From Malacoraja senta (taxonomy: Eukaryota), in NCBI GenBank assembly GCA_038087875.1, contig CM075988.1, forward strand, positions 12,650,001-12,714,000: a DNA stretch of 64,000 bases, given 5' to 3'. Both the position numbers and the translations under genes were made by a program. Positions 1 to 12,969 of this stretch are shown here, one piece after another. The notes under the pieces are model-generated. The model ran no database searches and was not told where the DNA came from. It worked only from the letters and a program-made list of their open reading frames with translations. The stretch's first letter is position 1; each line of letters begins with the position of its first letter.

Positions 1-122
1 GTTACAGGTTTGGCGAGACTACAAAAACATTTCCTTAGCTGTCAAGAGCTTTGGAATAACTTGAAAGAGTAAAAGTTGCAATAGGAAAGCAGGTCTATTT
101 AAATCTTACAATTTCCACTAAC

Positions 123-228
123 CTTCTTCTATCGTGTCCATCTTCCATGTTTCAAATGTTGACATCGCTGTCATTGTCCGTCCTGAAAGGGACGCAAGCT
201 TCTGGCGACAATCAGTGGGAGCCATCAT
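123..228 (-). CDS. Putative first coding segment of an unidentified host gene (MMAPTDCRQKLASLSGRTMTAMSTFETWKMDTIEE + phase-1 donor)
   Basis: Minus strand: ATG at 228 with an in-frame TAA upstream; open for 35 codons + 1 nt to donor GAAG|GTTAGT (121-122). Non-repetitive and more GC-rich than flanks. Protein not recognised. Confidence 0.45.
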
Positions 229-412
229 TTGTTGCAATAGATGATGGTGGTACCAGAATTAGCTCAGGATACTTCCAGTTTCCAGCCCCGCGACGTGGAC
301 GTTTCTGCTATAGGGCCTCCACTGACCTAATATCATGTTTTATCTGCTCTGCTGATAAGAGCTAGCCTGTGATCCAAAATCACAAGATGCATCTACTTCA
401 AGTGATCGACAC
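123..412 (-). other. Putative 290-nt exon (5'UTR plus start codon)
   Basis: Acceptor tttaacattttatgtAG|G at 413/412 and donor AG|GTTAGT at 123/122. All three frames have stops in the 5' part, consistent with UTR. Confidence 0.5.
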
Positions 413-1154
413 CTACATAAAATGTTAAAGGTCTTGCATACCATCTTAATACGAACCCCATGCTTTAAAAATCAGAAGAAAGATAAATGCATTGAAATGG
501 TCTGAATCTTCCCTGAATCACCTTGAGCAACAGCAGAGAAGATATTTAATATTACAGAAAAGTTGTTTAAGTTCTTATCCTTTTGCAAAGTTTCTCAAAT
601 TATACAGGGAACAAATTAACACAATTTTCTCTTTTATTCCATCACCGGCATTTTATGTCAATTAACTTTCAGAAGGTTAGCAGCAATTTGCCTACTTAAA
701 ATTCCAGAACTAAATTAATTGAGTTGTTAACTCTTTTAACTTCATTCACACTGCAAGTCTTGACTGTCCATTTTGGCCTCTGTGGGTTAATGTGCATGTT
801 ATTGCTTGGCCAAGATCCACCACAATAATCAACCGACCTTGTCAATTTCATTCTGTAATTCATGATTTGTAAGATCACATCACATGCGATACTTGTAAGT
901 TTAACTCATTTTAGACTGCTTTAATTCAACATATTTTGTCAAAATCCAACAAAAAAATCTGCAAGAATTGAATTTGAATGTTTTAGATCTGGAAAAAAAA
1001 TAAAACAAAAACACACTTAAAAGGTAAATTAATGAATCATAAAGCAAAAAAATCTACTTCATCACAGTCAGTCTTGAGGTGTACAAAGTCAGGTAATTCT
1101 CACATGTTACCATATGTCATAAAAAATAAGGCACTTTGACAAAATAAATATATA

Positions 1155-1391
1155 GTTTAATTTAGTTTAGTTTAGAGATACAGCGTGGAAACAGGCCCTT
1201 CAGCCCACCAAATCTGCACCGACCAGTGATCTCTGCGCACACTTGGGACAATTATTACACTATCCGACACACACTTGGGACAATTATTACATTTACTGTA
1301 TACCAAGCCAATTAGCCTACAAGCCTGTACGTCTTTGGAGTGTGGGAGGAAACCGAAGATCACGGGGAAAATGTGCAAACTCCGGACAGAA
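1155..1391 (-). mobile_element. HE1-like tRNA/V-SINE, 5' part lost
   Basis: (GTTTA)n tail followed by agagatacagcgtggaaacaggccc...gtctttggagtgtgggaggaaacc, shared with many copies in the window; internal tandem duplication at 1238-1291. Confidence 0.85.
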
Positions 1392-1597
1392 AATCAATCA
1401 ATCAATCAGTTTTATTCATCACATGCACATATAAATGCAGTGAAATGAATTTGCCAGCAGCGGTACAATCAAAAAAGGACACATAATACACAATAAAATG
1501 TAACACAAACATCTACCACAGCATTCTTCACTGTGGTGGAAGGCACAAAGTACAGTCAGTCCTCCTCCATTGTTCACCTGTGGTCGGGACCATAAAC
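1392..1597 (-). mobile_element. 3' end of a short retroelement (Rex1-type 3'UTR) with (ATTG)n tail
   Basis: (AATC)n then ttttatt...gcagtgaaatgaatttgccagcagcg; homologous copy at 32595-32722. Confidence 0.7.
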
Positions 1598-2450
1598 CAT
1601 GATATTAGGTCAGTGGAGGCCCCATAGCAGGACCTGTAATTGCTGATAATTTCAATTAAAGTGTAATTTAGGACTCATGGTGAAAATTGATTTGATTTTG
1701 TTTTTATCATTTTTATCTTTAAAATATCTGGAAGGAATATAATTGAATTCCTTAATTCCTAATGCTTTTTCTCATTGACACTGTAATGCTTCAGATTCGC
1801 TACCTTTCCATTCTATTATTGTGGTATGAGTTCTGTGGTCACAGCTATAAGATGTGGCAGGAAATGCATGTTGACACTGTTGCTCAGTACATCTTAGTTT
1901 CTGGGGTGTGCAGAGATTAAATAAGCTTTATACGCACAAGCACTCAGTTCGATGGTAATATTAGTTATCATTCAGCACTAACATATTACTTTACACAAAC
2001 AGTCCTTCAGTAAATGTTGTGGGTGAAATACAATGAAAAGTAAAATGGCCTCTATGTTTAAATGTATATGGAGTAGATGGCTTGCAAGGGTGAAGGGAAT
2101 GGAATCTGCCACTCATCATTCTTGTAGCTGACAGTAGCTTTATTTGTTAAAAGTAAATAACTGTGTATGGTCACAATATTATATTTCAGAGAAAATGAGC
2201 TAATGTAGAGACCACAGATCTCTCTCTGCAAAGTGCTTCTGGATAATATAAAAACCTGTTCTTTAAACACATTTGCTATTAATACAAAAGGGTAAATTGA
2301 TTTTGTGAGTAAGTAGCAATAGTGTTCCTGCTACTTATTCCTTTCTCTGGCATTTTTCATTCAGAAGAGTATTCCAAGTGAAGTCAATCTCGCTGCATGA
2401 AGTAAACAAACATAGCTTTTAAAAAAATAATTGGTTAAAGTCTAGGTCTA

Positions 2451-2660
2451 TCATAAGATCATAAGTCCTTGGGCACAATTAGGATATTCTTCCCATTGAG
2501 TCTGCTCCATCATGGCTGATCACATTTTTCCATTTTTCCCATTCTCCTGACTTCTCCCCATAACTGTTGATGCCCTTACTATTCCAGAACCTATCAAACT
2601 CCGCTTTAAAAATATCCAATGACGGCCTCCACAGCCACCTGTGGCAATGAATTCCAGCTC
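2451..2660 (-). mobile_element. CR1 LINE 3' fragment
   Basis: catggctgat...cccattctcctg...gcctccacagcc..tgtggcaatgaattcca, homologous to 12970-13330, 59020-59365 and 63830-63945. Confidence 0.75.
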
Positions 2661-2832
2661 CTGTACATAAAATTTCAAGATTTTTTTTTCAGACAGTTTT
2701 TCTGCAACAAATTGATATCTTTATGAATTAGGAGCTGAAGCCTTAAATATTGTTGCTCAGTTCAGCTTAATGGTTATATTTGCAAAATGATAAATATGTA
2801 AAGTTATCTCTATCGAGATAAGTGACCCTTTA

Positions 2833-3122
2833 AGTTTAGTTTAGTTTTGAGATACAGCATGGAAACAGGCCCTTCGGCCCACCGAGTCCACAGCAACCAA
2901 CGATCATCCGTACACTAGTTCTATCCTACACACTGGGGACAATTTACAGAAGGCAATTATTACAACCTGCACGTCTTTGGAATTTGGGTGGAAACCAGAG
3001 CACCCGGAGAAAACCCATGTGAACATACAAACTCCGTACAGACAACACCCATAGTCAGGATCAAACCCAGGTCTCTGGTGCTGTAAGGCAGCAACTCAAG
3101 CGCTGCACCACCGTGCTGCCCC
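2833..3122 (-). mobile_element. HE1-like tRNA/V-SINE, near full length
   Basis: Tail at 2833; tRNA-like head with A/B-box region at ~3055-3122. Confidence 0.85.
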
Positions 3123-4240
3123 TGCTTAGGCGCCCATCCAGTGACAATCTTTTTGTAAGTTTAAAGTTTGCTGTATTTTCTTTATTGCGCAGAAAACCAT
3201 AGCTGGCAAAACAAGTCAAAACTTACCTCATCATATTTACATTGTTTTTTTTTACTGATTTCAATGAATTCTATCATTTTCTGGTGAAGGATCCATGACT
3301 GAAACGTTAATTCTGTTTCTCGTCCCGCAGATGCTGCCTGACTTATTTAGTGTTTCCAGATTTTCAGTTTTTATTTCAGATCTACAATGTGCAGATTTGT
3401 TTTTGATTTCCACTTTATAAGACTCAAATAGTTTTTAAAAAACTGGTGAATGGTCCTTGGAGACCAAGGTTCTTCCCCTCCAAAAGCATCAAAAGAAAAT
3501 TGGTCTTCAACCTTGATTTAACTCTCAACATTTGGCAGTACTTATCCTTATTTCACCCTTCATACAGTAAAAAAAAAGTTGAAAAGTATAATGTTGAATT
3601 AATCAACATACTCTGTGATTTTATTTCCCCGATGTCTGGTAAATGTACTTTGGAATTGGTATTTCTAGATTACATTCATCCTACTGCAGTTTACAGATGT
3701 GCATTGAGAATGAGCATAAACCTTGGATTTGATTTCAAAGGGTATGAACAGATAAGATTTATTGACCAGCCTTGGGTCTATTACTTTGATAAGCAGTCTG
3801 TCATTGTGCAATGATATATTTAGCTCAAATCCTGTTGAAAATATGCAGCAGGTTATTTCCCACTAAATTATTTATCATACCATCTACAATTTATCTGTTA
3901 TCATTATTTAAAGTGTACAGAGTACCATTCACCCTGCCAATAACGTCACAAGTAGGATCGCAATTAAGATACTCTGTCAATAAATTTCCTGGCCATGCAT
4001 AAATATTAGTGTCAACGTTCTGCGTTACTTCTCAGATCTGTTGGAAAAAAATGCCATTTGAATTGAAGTTATTCAAATTTGAGTCTATTGTGTGTCTGCA
4101 TTGAATATTCTCATTTTCATTGTTCGCAACTATGCATCGAAGGGGCTGCTACAACAATTTACATGGCTACATAAAGCATGGTGTGTGTCGTTGATGTGAC
4201 TGTGAACAGGGTCCACAGAGACTGGAGTTGTAAACACATA

Positions 4241-4445
4241 GAAGATAGACACAAAAATCTGGAGTAACTCATTGAGTCAGTCAGCATCTCTGGAGAAGAG
4301 TAATAGGTGACCTTTAGGATCGGGACCTTTCTTCAGTCTCGAAGTCTTCTTTTCTCCAGAGATGCTGTCTGAACTATTGAGTTACTCTAGCTTTTTGGTT
4401 CTATCTTCAGTTTAAACCAGCATCTGCAGTTCCTTCCTACACATT
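4241..4445. mobile_element. Palindromic Penelope-like terminal-repeat remnant
   Basis: Inverted arms gaagatagacacaaaa..ggagtaactc / gagttactc..ctatcttc; degenerate hammerhead core on - strand; flanks ttgtaaa(c/t)aca. Confidence 0.75.
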
Positions 4446-4749
4446 TTGTAAATACAATACAGTATTTATTCAGCAAGACCAGCAGAAATTCTGGAAGAAT
4501 CTCACAGCTCAAAATACATTTAGAAGCACGACGATAAAAACAGTTTCAATAGTTATAATTGTAGTTAACTTCAATATTTTGGGTGTAGACACAAAAAACT
4601 TTCAGAATTATACATCTACAATGGAAATGTATGTTAACTGATAAGACATTGTTGAATATTTCATCGCGCTGTAGATTGAGTGAAGACCTGAACACAAAAA
4701 CACTGACTCTCAAAATATTGTTCTTCTGTGATGCTGTTGAAAGTTAAAT

Positions 4750-5055
4750 GTTTTAGTTTAGTGTGGAGATACAGCATGGGGACTGGCCCACCGAGCCCAT
4801 GCCGACCATCAATCACCCTATCACAATAGTTCTATGTTATCCCACTTTCTCATCCACCCTGTACACATTAGAGGCAATTTTACCAAGGCCAATTAAGCTG
4901 GAAACCGGCACGCCTTTGGGATGTGGTTGGAAATTGGAGCTCCATGAGGAAACACATGCGGTCACAGAGAGAACGTGCAAACAGCAAGCGGACAGCACCC
5001 GAGGTCAGGAGCAAACCCAGGTCTCTGGCGCTGTGAGGCAGTATATTTACCACTA
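4750..5055 (-). mobile_element. HE1-like SINE
   Basis: Same body and tail as 2833-3122. Confidence 0.8.
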
Positions 5056-6136
5056 GTAGCAATGTACCAGAGAGATGGCCCCCTGGATATACATACACCC
5101 CGAAAATTAATTGACAGAACAAATATTTGCTACCACGGTGCTAAACTAAACTCTGCATTAAGTGGTAAGAATATATCTTTAAGTACAGTATGTGTTAAGT
5201 GGCCGGTTGACCTCTGAATAATTTCCCTAATGCCAGGGATCTTGGTGTGGGCCAAATAACATGAACCTTCACTTTGATTTCCAGGTGTAATTTTCAATTG
5301 TGCAAAACCAGAACGTCCCTTGCCCAATGGAATATTCTTGTTTATGCTTAATTGTCTTAAATATGGATAGTTGGTACGTTATGAACAATGTATTTTTCGT
5401 AAATTCATTCTGGCTTGTATTCATGGCTTCTCCCCCTGATTAAAATTGATATTTAATCTCTTGCACAGTTATACAATAATAGTAATAATTTTGAACCTAC
5501 AATATTAGTTATTCCTGTTTTAAGCGTAATTGAGTGAATTTTGGTGGTAATTTTCACATTATCGCGTGAGACGTGAATTGGAAATTTTACATCGAATTCA
5601 AGAATGTATTGATGCTGCAAATTGCTGGAAATATTAATTGATCTTAGGACTGCGAGTTCAATATTGTATTTGGGATTTTCGGAGCATTTTATCTGATCGT
5701 CTATCTTAAACACTGAAACATAAAAGAGGGAAACAAATGACTGAGAGGAAATATGGTAAATGAGATAGAAATTGGATAAAAGAAAATCAAGAGTTGGTTT
5801 ACAATTCAAGGAAAATGGCAGGGAAAGAGAGAAGAAGAGATTCTGGAGTCACAAGGAACTGCAGATGCAGGAATCTTGCTTAGAGGAGATTCTAACCTAG
5901 CTGAGAGAACTTGCAGAAAGGATTTACTGGAATAGCATTAAGGATGAGGGATTTCAGCCGTAAGGTTTGGTGGCAGAAGCTGGGTTCTCTCTTGAACACA
6001 AAATATTAAATCTTTACTCAGATTTTTACAGATTTACAAAGGGGGTGTGGGAGAAAAATATTACATGTTGGTTATGGCATAAAGTTCACAGCTTTTAAGG
6101 ATGGTGGAAACAGAATCGATCAGTGCCTTCAAAAGA

Positions 6137-6302
6137 TTAGGAACTGCATATGCTGGTTTACACCAAAGATAGAGGATAGACACAAAATGTTGGAGTAATT
6201 CAGCACGGGTGACATTTCGGGCCTGAGGAAGGGTCTCGACCGGAAACGTCAGCTTCTATCCTGAGATGCTGCCTGCCCCGAGTTACTCAAGCATTTTGTG
6301 TC
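6137..6302. mobile_element. Palindromic Penelope-like remnant inserted in an old CR1 fragment
   Basis: 13-bp TSD tgccttcaaaaga at 6124-6136 and 6303-6315; ctgaggaagggtctcgaccggaaacgtc core. Confidence 0.8.
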
Positions 6303-6580
6303 TGCCTTCAAAAGAGAATTGATACGTTTGAGATTGCTCTGATAGAAGCTTAGGTGGCCTCAATGTCCCAGAAAATTTCATGATTCTGTATCCACAATTG
6401 GGAATTACAAATTGATCATTGACAATTTATAACAGGCATTGTTAATGAGTGAGAAGTGTCAAAGTTCTTGAGCCTCATCTTGGGCTATTAGCCTGATATT
6501 CTTCATTCAGCACAATACAATCATCATGATAAGGGATACCAAAGCTGTTTTCAAAGGAACAAATAAATTAAAAAATCAAG

Positions 6581-7006
6581 ATTTTGGCTGTAACCTGCCC
6601 TCCATTGATGAACTGTACACTGCAAGGGCCAGGAAGCGAGCGGTCAAGATCATCTCTGACCCCTCTCACCCTGGCCACAAACTCTTTGAATCACTTCCCT
6701 CTGGAAGGCGACTCCGGACTGTCAAAGCTGCCACAGCCAGACATAAAAACAGTTTTTATCCACGAGTAGTTGCTCTACTCAACAGCCAAAAATCTGTAGC
6801 CCCCCTTTGATGTGGTATTTTGTTGGTTCACATGCTTGATCAATGGTGTTTTATCATTAATGTTTTATTATTATTAATGTTTAGTGTTTTCTGAGTCATT
6901 CGTAACTGTCACTGTATGTCATGTTGTTACTTGTGGGCAGAGCACCAAGGCAAATTCCTTGTATGTGAATACTTGGCCAATAAACTTACTTACTTACTTA
7001 CTTACT
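6581..7006 (+). mobile_element. Rex1/Babar LINE 3' fragment
   Basis: Encodes ...KIISDPSHPGHKLFESLPSGRRLR..., the typical Rex1 C-terminus; (TTAC)n tail; near identical to 39290-39851. Confidence 0.9.
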
Positions 7007-8149
7007 TCAGATTCTAGTGGTCTCACTCTACAATCTTGTCGGGTGTATGGAATACCAATGATGGAATTATTTGACTGACCATTGTTTTGTAATCAAACCA
7101 TTACTAAGTATTAGGTGAAACACAAAGCATTTATTAAAATCTATGCAGAGAGAATAATACATACTGCTGCACTCGTCGCATCATCTTACAGACTGCCGAG
7201 CTCAGGGACAAGCAGGTTGTTATCAGTAACTGCATTCCTTACTCAAATCCCGGACTGGATTACATGGTGGAATATGTATCATGCATAATATATGTGGTGA
7301 ACGTTATATTGACAGAGATTAATATGGTTGATCTACAACCATCAAGGGGTTTGACAAGGGAGATGGAGATTTCATTGACTTAGAGGATCAACCATGAATG
7401 GATAGAAATGGCCAGATTGGCTAGAAGGGTCAAATGGCCATGCGCATGATTCATAGTAATCAGTCTCTAATATTAGTCTGTAACAGATACTGACATGCGG
7501 TGATAAAGAATTGCTGCACTTGCATTCATGTCACAAATTATTCTTATGATATATCCCAATGTGCTTGGACAGTAAGACTTCTACAGAAATACCACAAGGC
7601 AGATTAAAAACACATTAAACCATGTTGGAATGATTCCACAATGTCATTGTTCCTTATATGTAGCTCCAAGGTTAAGTGGCTTGTCAAGACCATTAATGTC
7701 CTCATTAGCAGTGTCCTACTGATACCAGTAACCAGCTTTAAATGGCTGAAAGGAAATTCAGTCAAGAGGCAAGTGTTTAATTGTCATATTTACCAACAAT
7801 GGAACAATAACTTTTTTACTTGCTGTAACCTGACAGGCCTGAAAATCCATTAACACTCAGGTAATATAGGATAATCAAAAATACAATAATTTAATAAATA
7901 CAATTATTGGTAACCATAACAGAGCAGAAACTGAAGACTTGAGGAGATCTTTGTTGCTGAGGTTAGTGCTCTGCAGTGTTCAAGAGCTGAATGATTGTTG
8001 AGAAGAAGCTGTTCTGAAATCAGGTGGTCATGGTTTTCAGGCCCCTGTACCACCTCCAGTAGCGAAATTAAAGCATAGCCACGCAGGTATGGGACTTCAA
8101 TGATATTGGTTGCCTCCTATAGATCACTTCTGTGGCAGGAAGGTCAGTA

Positions 8150-8358
8150 TAAACACTGCCAACACACCAGGGACGATTTACAAAGGCCAATTAACCTACA
8201 AACCCCAAGTCTTTTGAATGTGAGAGGAAAACAGAGCACACAGAGGAAACAAATGCGCTCACAGGGAGAAAGTGAAAACTCTACTCATACGGTACCCGAG
8301 TTCAGGATCAAACCTGGGTCTCAGGCACTGTGAGGCAGCAGCTCTGCCCCCTATGCTC
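8150..8358 (-). mobile_element. HE1-like SINE (diverged), next to a Rex1-type 3'UTR remnant at ~7760-8130
   Basis: ggccaattaacctacaaacc...caggatcaaacctgggtctc..gcactgtgaggcagc. Confidence 0.75.
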
Positions 8359-9647
8359 CAGAACAATGGAGATTAGAAAGTAGATGGTTTGAAGGAGCAT
8401 CATTGCTGAAGGTTATTGGAGGTTATCAGATGATAAAAGCAAGTTATTCACTCACCTGGCAGATATCCTTGTCCAGCCCCATACTGAGAAGAACAGGTTG
8501 TCACTGGAATGTCCAGCAATGTGTATTAACCAGGGTTGCCCAGAAAGGTGCAGTGCACAGATAATGACACCTGCCCCTGATGTTGAATTGGCTCCAATAT
8601 AATTCAGTTTTCAGTTGCATAAAACTGGGAAATTTTACAGCACTTTGCAATTGAATTTTTCACCCACGTTTCATTACAATCAACTATAATGTTCACAAAA
8701 CTGTTACAAAACTGATTACACAAAAAGAAAAAAAAACATAATTGCCAAACTATGCTTCAAAGTCATTTAATATAGAATTAAAGTTCAGTGATTGGATTTT
8801 GAAGTGTTCAAAACCGTCTTGATCCAAGACGAATATAGCACTTATGTTGAGTCTTCATAGTTGGTCATGCAAGAAAAGATATAATTGACTGAAGCTGCCT
8901 AAAGAATGCCACAAGAATTCTACAAATAAACCTCACTCAAAATTTAATAAAAAGGACTGAATCCATATTATTGTCAATATTGAAAAATAGAGGATAAAGC
9001 TACCTTTGAGGATACTGCTTTATAACCATTATGTTCAAGTCTGAATCTATTTAAGATTATCACAAAAGCACAAAGATGATTTTTGTCTCGAATATTGTTT
9101 TGACATTTTTTATGAATGTCGCAAAGCACGTCTGAATCCTTAGTGATTCAACAATAACAGAATATTGTTATTAAATGTTTACCATTTTAAGATAACTCGA
9201 CTTCAAAGAAACTTCTCAGTTCATAGCCAATTGCTCTAACGTTTTGCTTGTGTTCAGAAGGTAATGAATTGGAGCTAAATAGTTGCTTGATTTGATTGCT
9301 AATTAAATCAGCAAGTGGAATGAACATTAATCATGAAATATAGTTTATTTCCACTGAAGTGGAATATCGGAAAAACGAGTTGCATTAAATTATGTGAGGT
9401 AATTTAATGGAAAGTTTAGATTATTCATCTTGTCCCCCCCCCCCCCCCCCCCCCATTTTTCTTTTCAAAATGCAAGATAGATTATGTCATAGAATTCAAC
9501 TATAAAATGCTTTATTCCCATATCTTTGTTTAAAATGCCATTTTTAAAATTATAACATGCTTCTTTGTGTAGAAGATAACCTGTTCAAATGAGTTGCTGT
9601 GGCCTTCAGTACAAAATAAACACACAAAAATATTGTTATAATCGTAA

Positions 9648-10160
9648 TAAGACCAAGTGCGGACCCGATGGGCCCGCTCCCCCAACGCAATATTCCACCA
9701 AACTGCGCATGCGCGGCTGCCGTGTTCAAAGTTGTGCCGTTGATGGCTGAAATTAAGTTAAAGTTAATAAAGTGAATAGAGGACCCGTGGAGGCATTTGT
9801 AAAGTAGAAGGAAACTTACCCATGGAGCCGTTGGGTCCCCATTGTGACGCCAGGTAAGTACACACAAAAATAAAAAAACATGGCGATTTTTGTAACATTA
9901 AATTTGGGATCCCATTGTGACGTCATTGTGATGTTGAACGTGGCTGATGTGCAGGGAAAGTGGAAAAGTGGTTTAAAAAGTGATTTTTGTCAAGTGTAAA
10001 ATGTCAATAACTTGTAAAATATACCATCAATCTGAACGAAACTTGTTTCATTTACATCACAGGACAATGGTGAGTAAGGTGAGCCAAACCCGGGGTTTCG
10101 GGATCCCATGCACATGCACGCATACAAACAAACAAACAAGATGAGAGTTTTAGTAATATA
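9648..10160 (-). mobile_element. Non-autonomous Helitron, copy A
   Basis: Minus strand starts tatattactaaaa..(TGTT)n and ends with a GC hairpin + gcacttggtc; terminal CTAG is degenerate. Confidence 0.65.
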
Positions 10161-10164
10161 CTTA

Positions 10165-10553
10165 CTAGACCAAGTGCGGACCTGTTGGGTCCCATTTCCC
10201 CAACACAATATTCCACCACTCACCCATAGCCCCCAACTGTGCATGCGCGAATGATATTTTAAAAGTTTAAAATGGCAAAAACTCTCACTCTTCAGTCCCC
10301 TATTCCCCTCCTCAATTATCCTTCCTCTCCCCACCCTCAACAAACCCTCCTCTGCTTCCTCCCCTCACCCCTCCCTCCCCTCCTCACTCTTCCCCCTCCC
10401 CTCTTCCATTACCTTGCCATCCCCCTTCCTACCCCTATCCTCCTCCATTACCCATCATCCCCCAGCACTCCCACCCCCTCCTCTTCTCCCTCCCTCTTCT
10501 TTCCCCTCTCCTCCTCCCCTCCCCCACTCCCTCCCTCACCTCTCAGTAATAAT
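10165..10553 (-). mobile_element. Non-autonomous Helitron, copy B, with a purine-rich low-complexity interior
   Basis: Minus-strand end ggacc-caaca-ggtcc hairpin, 9 nt, then CTAG|T (10165-10168); first ~60 bp homologous to 9651-9710. Confidence 0.65.
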
Positions 10554-11619
10554 AACATGATCATGTATGTTGTCGTAAAAACTACTATCAAAAGCAGCAG
10601 AAATTTAGTTAAGACCTGAAAAAATGACAGCCAAAAATTATTTCTGATGTTGATCAATGCATTCATTATACATTTGAATATTTAATAAATTAATTATTTG
10701 AGATGTTTTTCCACACTGATGTTATTACCATCAGATCTAACTTGGACAAAGATCTTACGGAGGTAGATTTGGAGAAATATTGAACCAAGATATCTCATTC
10801 TGATATTTATTATTCTTGAGTACATTTTGGTGGCTAATTATTTAAAATAAAGTGTTTCCAGTCTTTTGATTTGTGGATCCAGTTTAGAGTCTGTGGCAGA
10901 CACAAAATGCTGGAGTAACTCAGCTGGATAGGCAGCATCTCTGGAGAGAAGGAATGGGTGACATTTCGGTCAAGACTCTTCTTCAGCATCAACGTGCTGC
11001 TGATGGAAGTGGAATTTAACCATGCCTTTTATTCAATCAGGTCCCAGTGAAATTTTGAGCTATTAAATGTGCTTTCCTTGTGACCTTATGTGTTGGCACC
11101 TGGCCTTGTTCATTTCTTTAAAGGTCTGAATGTGTTCTGTCCTAAATGTTTTCTGCACGTTCTCCCTAAATGTTTTCTGCATGTCTGAAAATTCCCTGTG
11201 ACTGCTGCTTATACCTTTCCGCTCTCAGTTCAGTTACGAAGCTATTGATGTAATCCTTACTAAGCTACAGTATATGACATGCTGGATAGTAGTTGCATAT
11301 CACTAACTGAAAGCAAATGTCTCCTTGTCCTCAAAATGCCCAGGACTATGCAACATGAGCAGTGGGTAGTCAATGCCAGACTGTTATTCTCATCCTCCTG
11401 TCTTCCACCAAAAAAAGAGTAATGGGTCTTCAGAGCTTCCTGTGCGACAAAGGTGAATTTTGAAAGCAAAATGATGAAGCATACATTTCAACAAGTGGGG
11501 GGAGGTTGGGGGGGAAGAACTGGAGGTGAGAAAAGTCATCGATCCAAACGCACTTCAAACATTTTTCCCAAGGCAGCAAGTCCAGAGGACATGGATTTAA
11601 TATGAGAGAGAAATTTGAA

Positions 11620-11855
11620 GAATAATGGATACATTTTTCAAGCAGGGGGTAATGAATCTGGAATGAGTTGCCGGAGGAGGTAGTGGAGGCAGTTGCAATT
11701 GCAATGTTTGAAGTGTGTTTGGATCGCTACTTGGATCGGAAAAGCACAGTGGGTCATGGGCCAAATACAGGTACCAAGGATTATAGGAATGAGCATCATA
11801 GTCAGCAGAGATGCGGTGGATGTTTCCATCCTGCATGATTCCATGATTCTATGAT
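11620..11855 (+). mobile_element. CR1 LINE 3' fragment
   Basis: tggaatgagttgccggaggaggtagtggaggcag...tgtttccatcctgcatgattccatgattctatga tail. Confidence 0.75.
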
Positions 11856-12969
11856 AAGATTTTGATAAACGTGCAAGCATTTTTTTTTGATCAGTTTGAT
11901 TGTGATCAGATCTCATGGTTATAACAAACAATGGATTTTCCAATTGCAACAAAAATGCTGAAAGTTCTCGTTATGTTAGATGGTATTTGTGTTGAGATTT
12001 AAAAGAAAAGAATTGCCTTAATTTTGTTTGGTTGTCCTAAAGTTCCAATTAGTTCTCTGATTCCTGCGGCAGACTTGGAAGTCCTGAATTCACTGATCAA
12101 GTTCTGCTGGCATTATCCAAGCTGTGTTCCACAGCTGGAGTCCAGTGACGAAGCAGGATTTCCCCAGCACTGGGGAATGTTCTCTCTAATCCTGCACTAG
12201 AATAGATCAACCAAGAATCGCCAAGGCCATAGGTCATAATTTCTAGACTCCTCTACCTTCATCCCGATGGCAGGAGTGAAATGAGAGCATGCCCAGGGTG
12301 GTGAGGGTCCTTGATGATGCCACCTTTGTTTTAATTATTGGTTTTAATTTTGCGTGAATAATTATATAAGTGATTACGTTTTATTTTTCTTAAATTGCAA
12401 TTTATGTATTTTGATATGTTTAATAATTTTAACTTAATTTTAATTTAATTTATTACATTCAGTTAAATAGTTAATTAATTGAATTACTTAATGTGCAATT
12501 ATTATATATAATTTCATTTCAAAATATTAAATAATTGTAATATTTTATTATGTTTGAGAATGGATGTTAATTATTAGGAAAAACCAAGAGGGAAGGATTT
12601 TGTCATCTCTCACCAAATTGGTTTGTGGTGAGGATTACCCTGATCCATATGCGCCAAACCATTACATCGCTAGAGGCCTCATGTCACTCAGAAGATTGTT
12701 CAATGACTCCAAAATTCCGACGCCAGCCAGATTGGACAGTTAAATCTGTGGAAGTTGAGGGAATTGTGGAATGTAGGGTACAGGTTAGGAAGGTAGGTCT
12801 CAGTCCATGTTTTGGGTCAATTACTTTTCATCAGACCGGATGACATTGGGGATTAACATATTTTTAAATAAACGCAGAGCCAGGGAAAGGGCATAAAATA
12901 AAAAACAAAACCAATGTGTATGTCTCCAAAGGGGCAGAGTGATAGAATGCTCGAAGGAAAGATGATAAG

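Noticed and set aside
147..365. 72-aa plus-strand ORF
   Set aside because: No recognisable domain; splice signals favour the minus strand.
10272..10666. Pro-rich and Gly/Glu-rich ORFs
   Set aside because: Low-complexity C/T tract inside the Helitron-like element.
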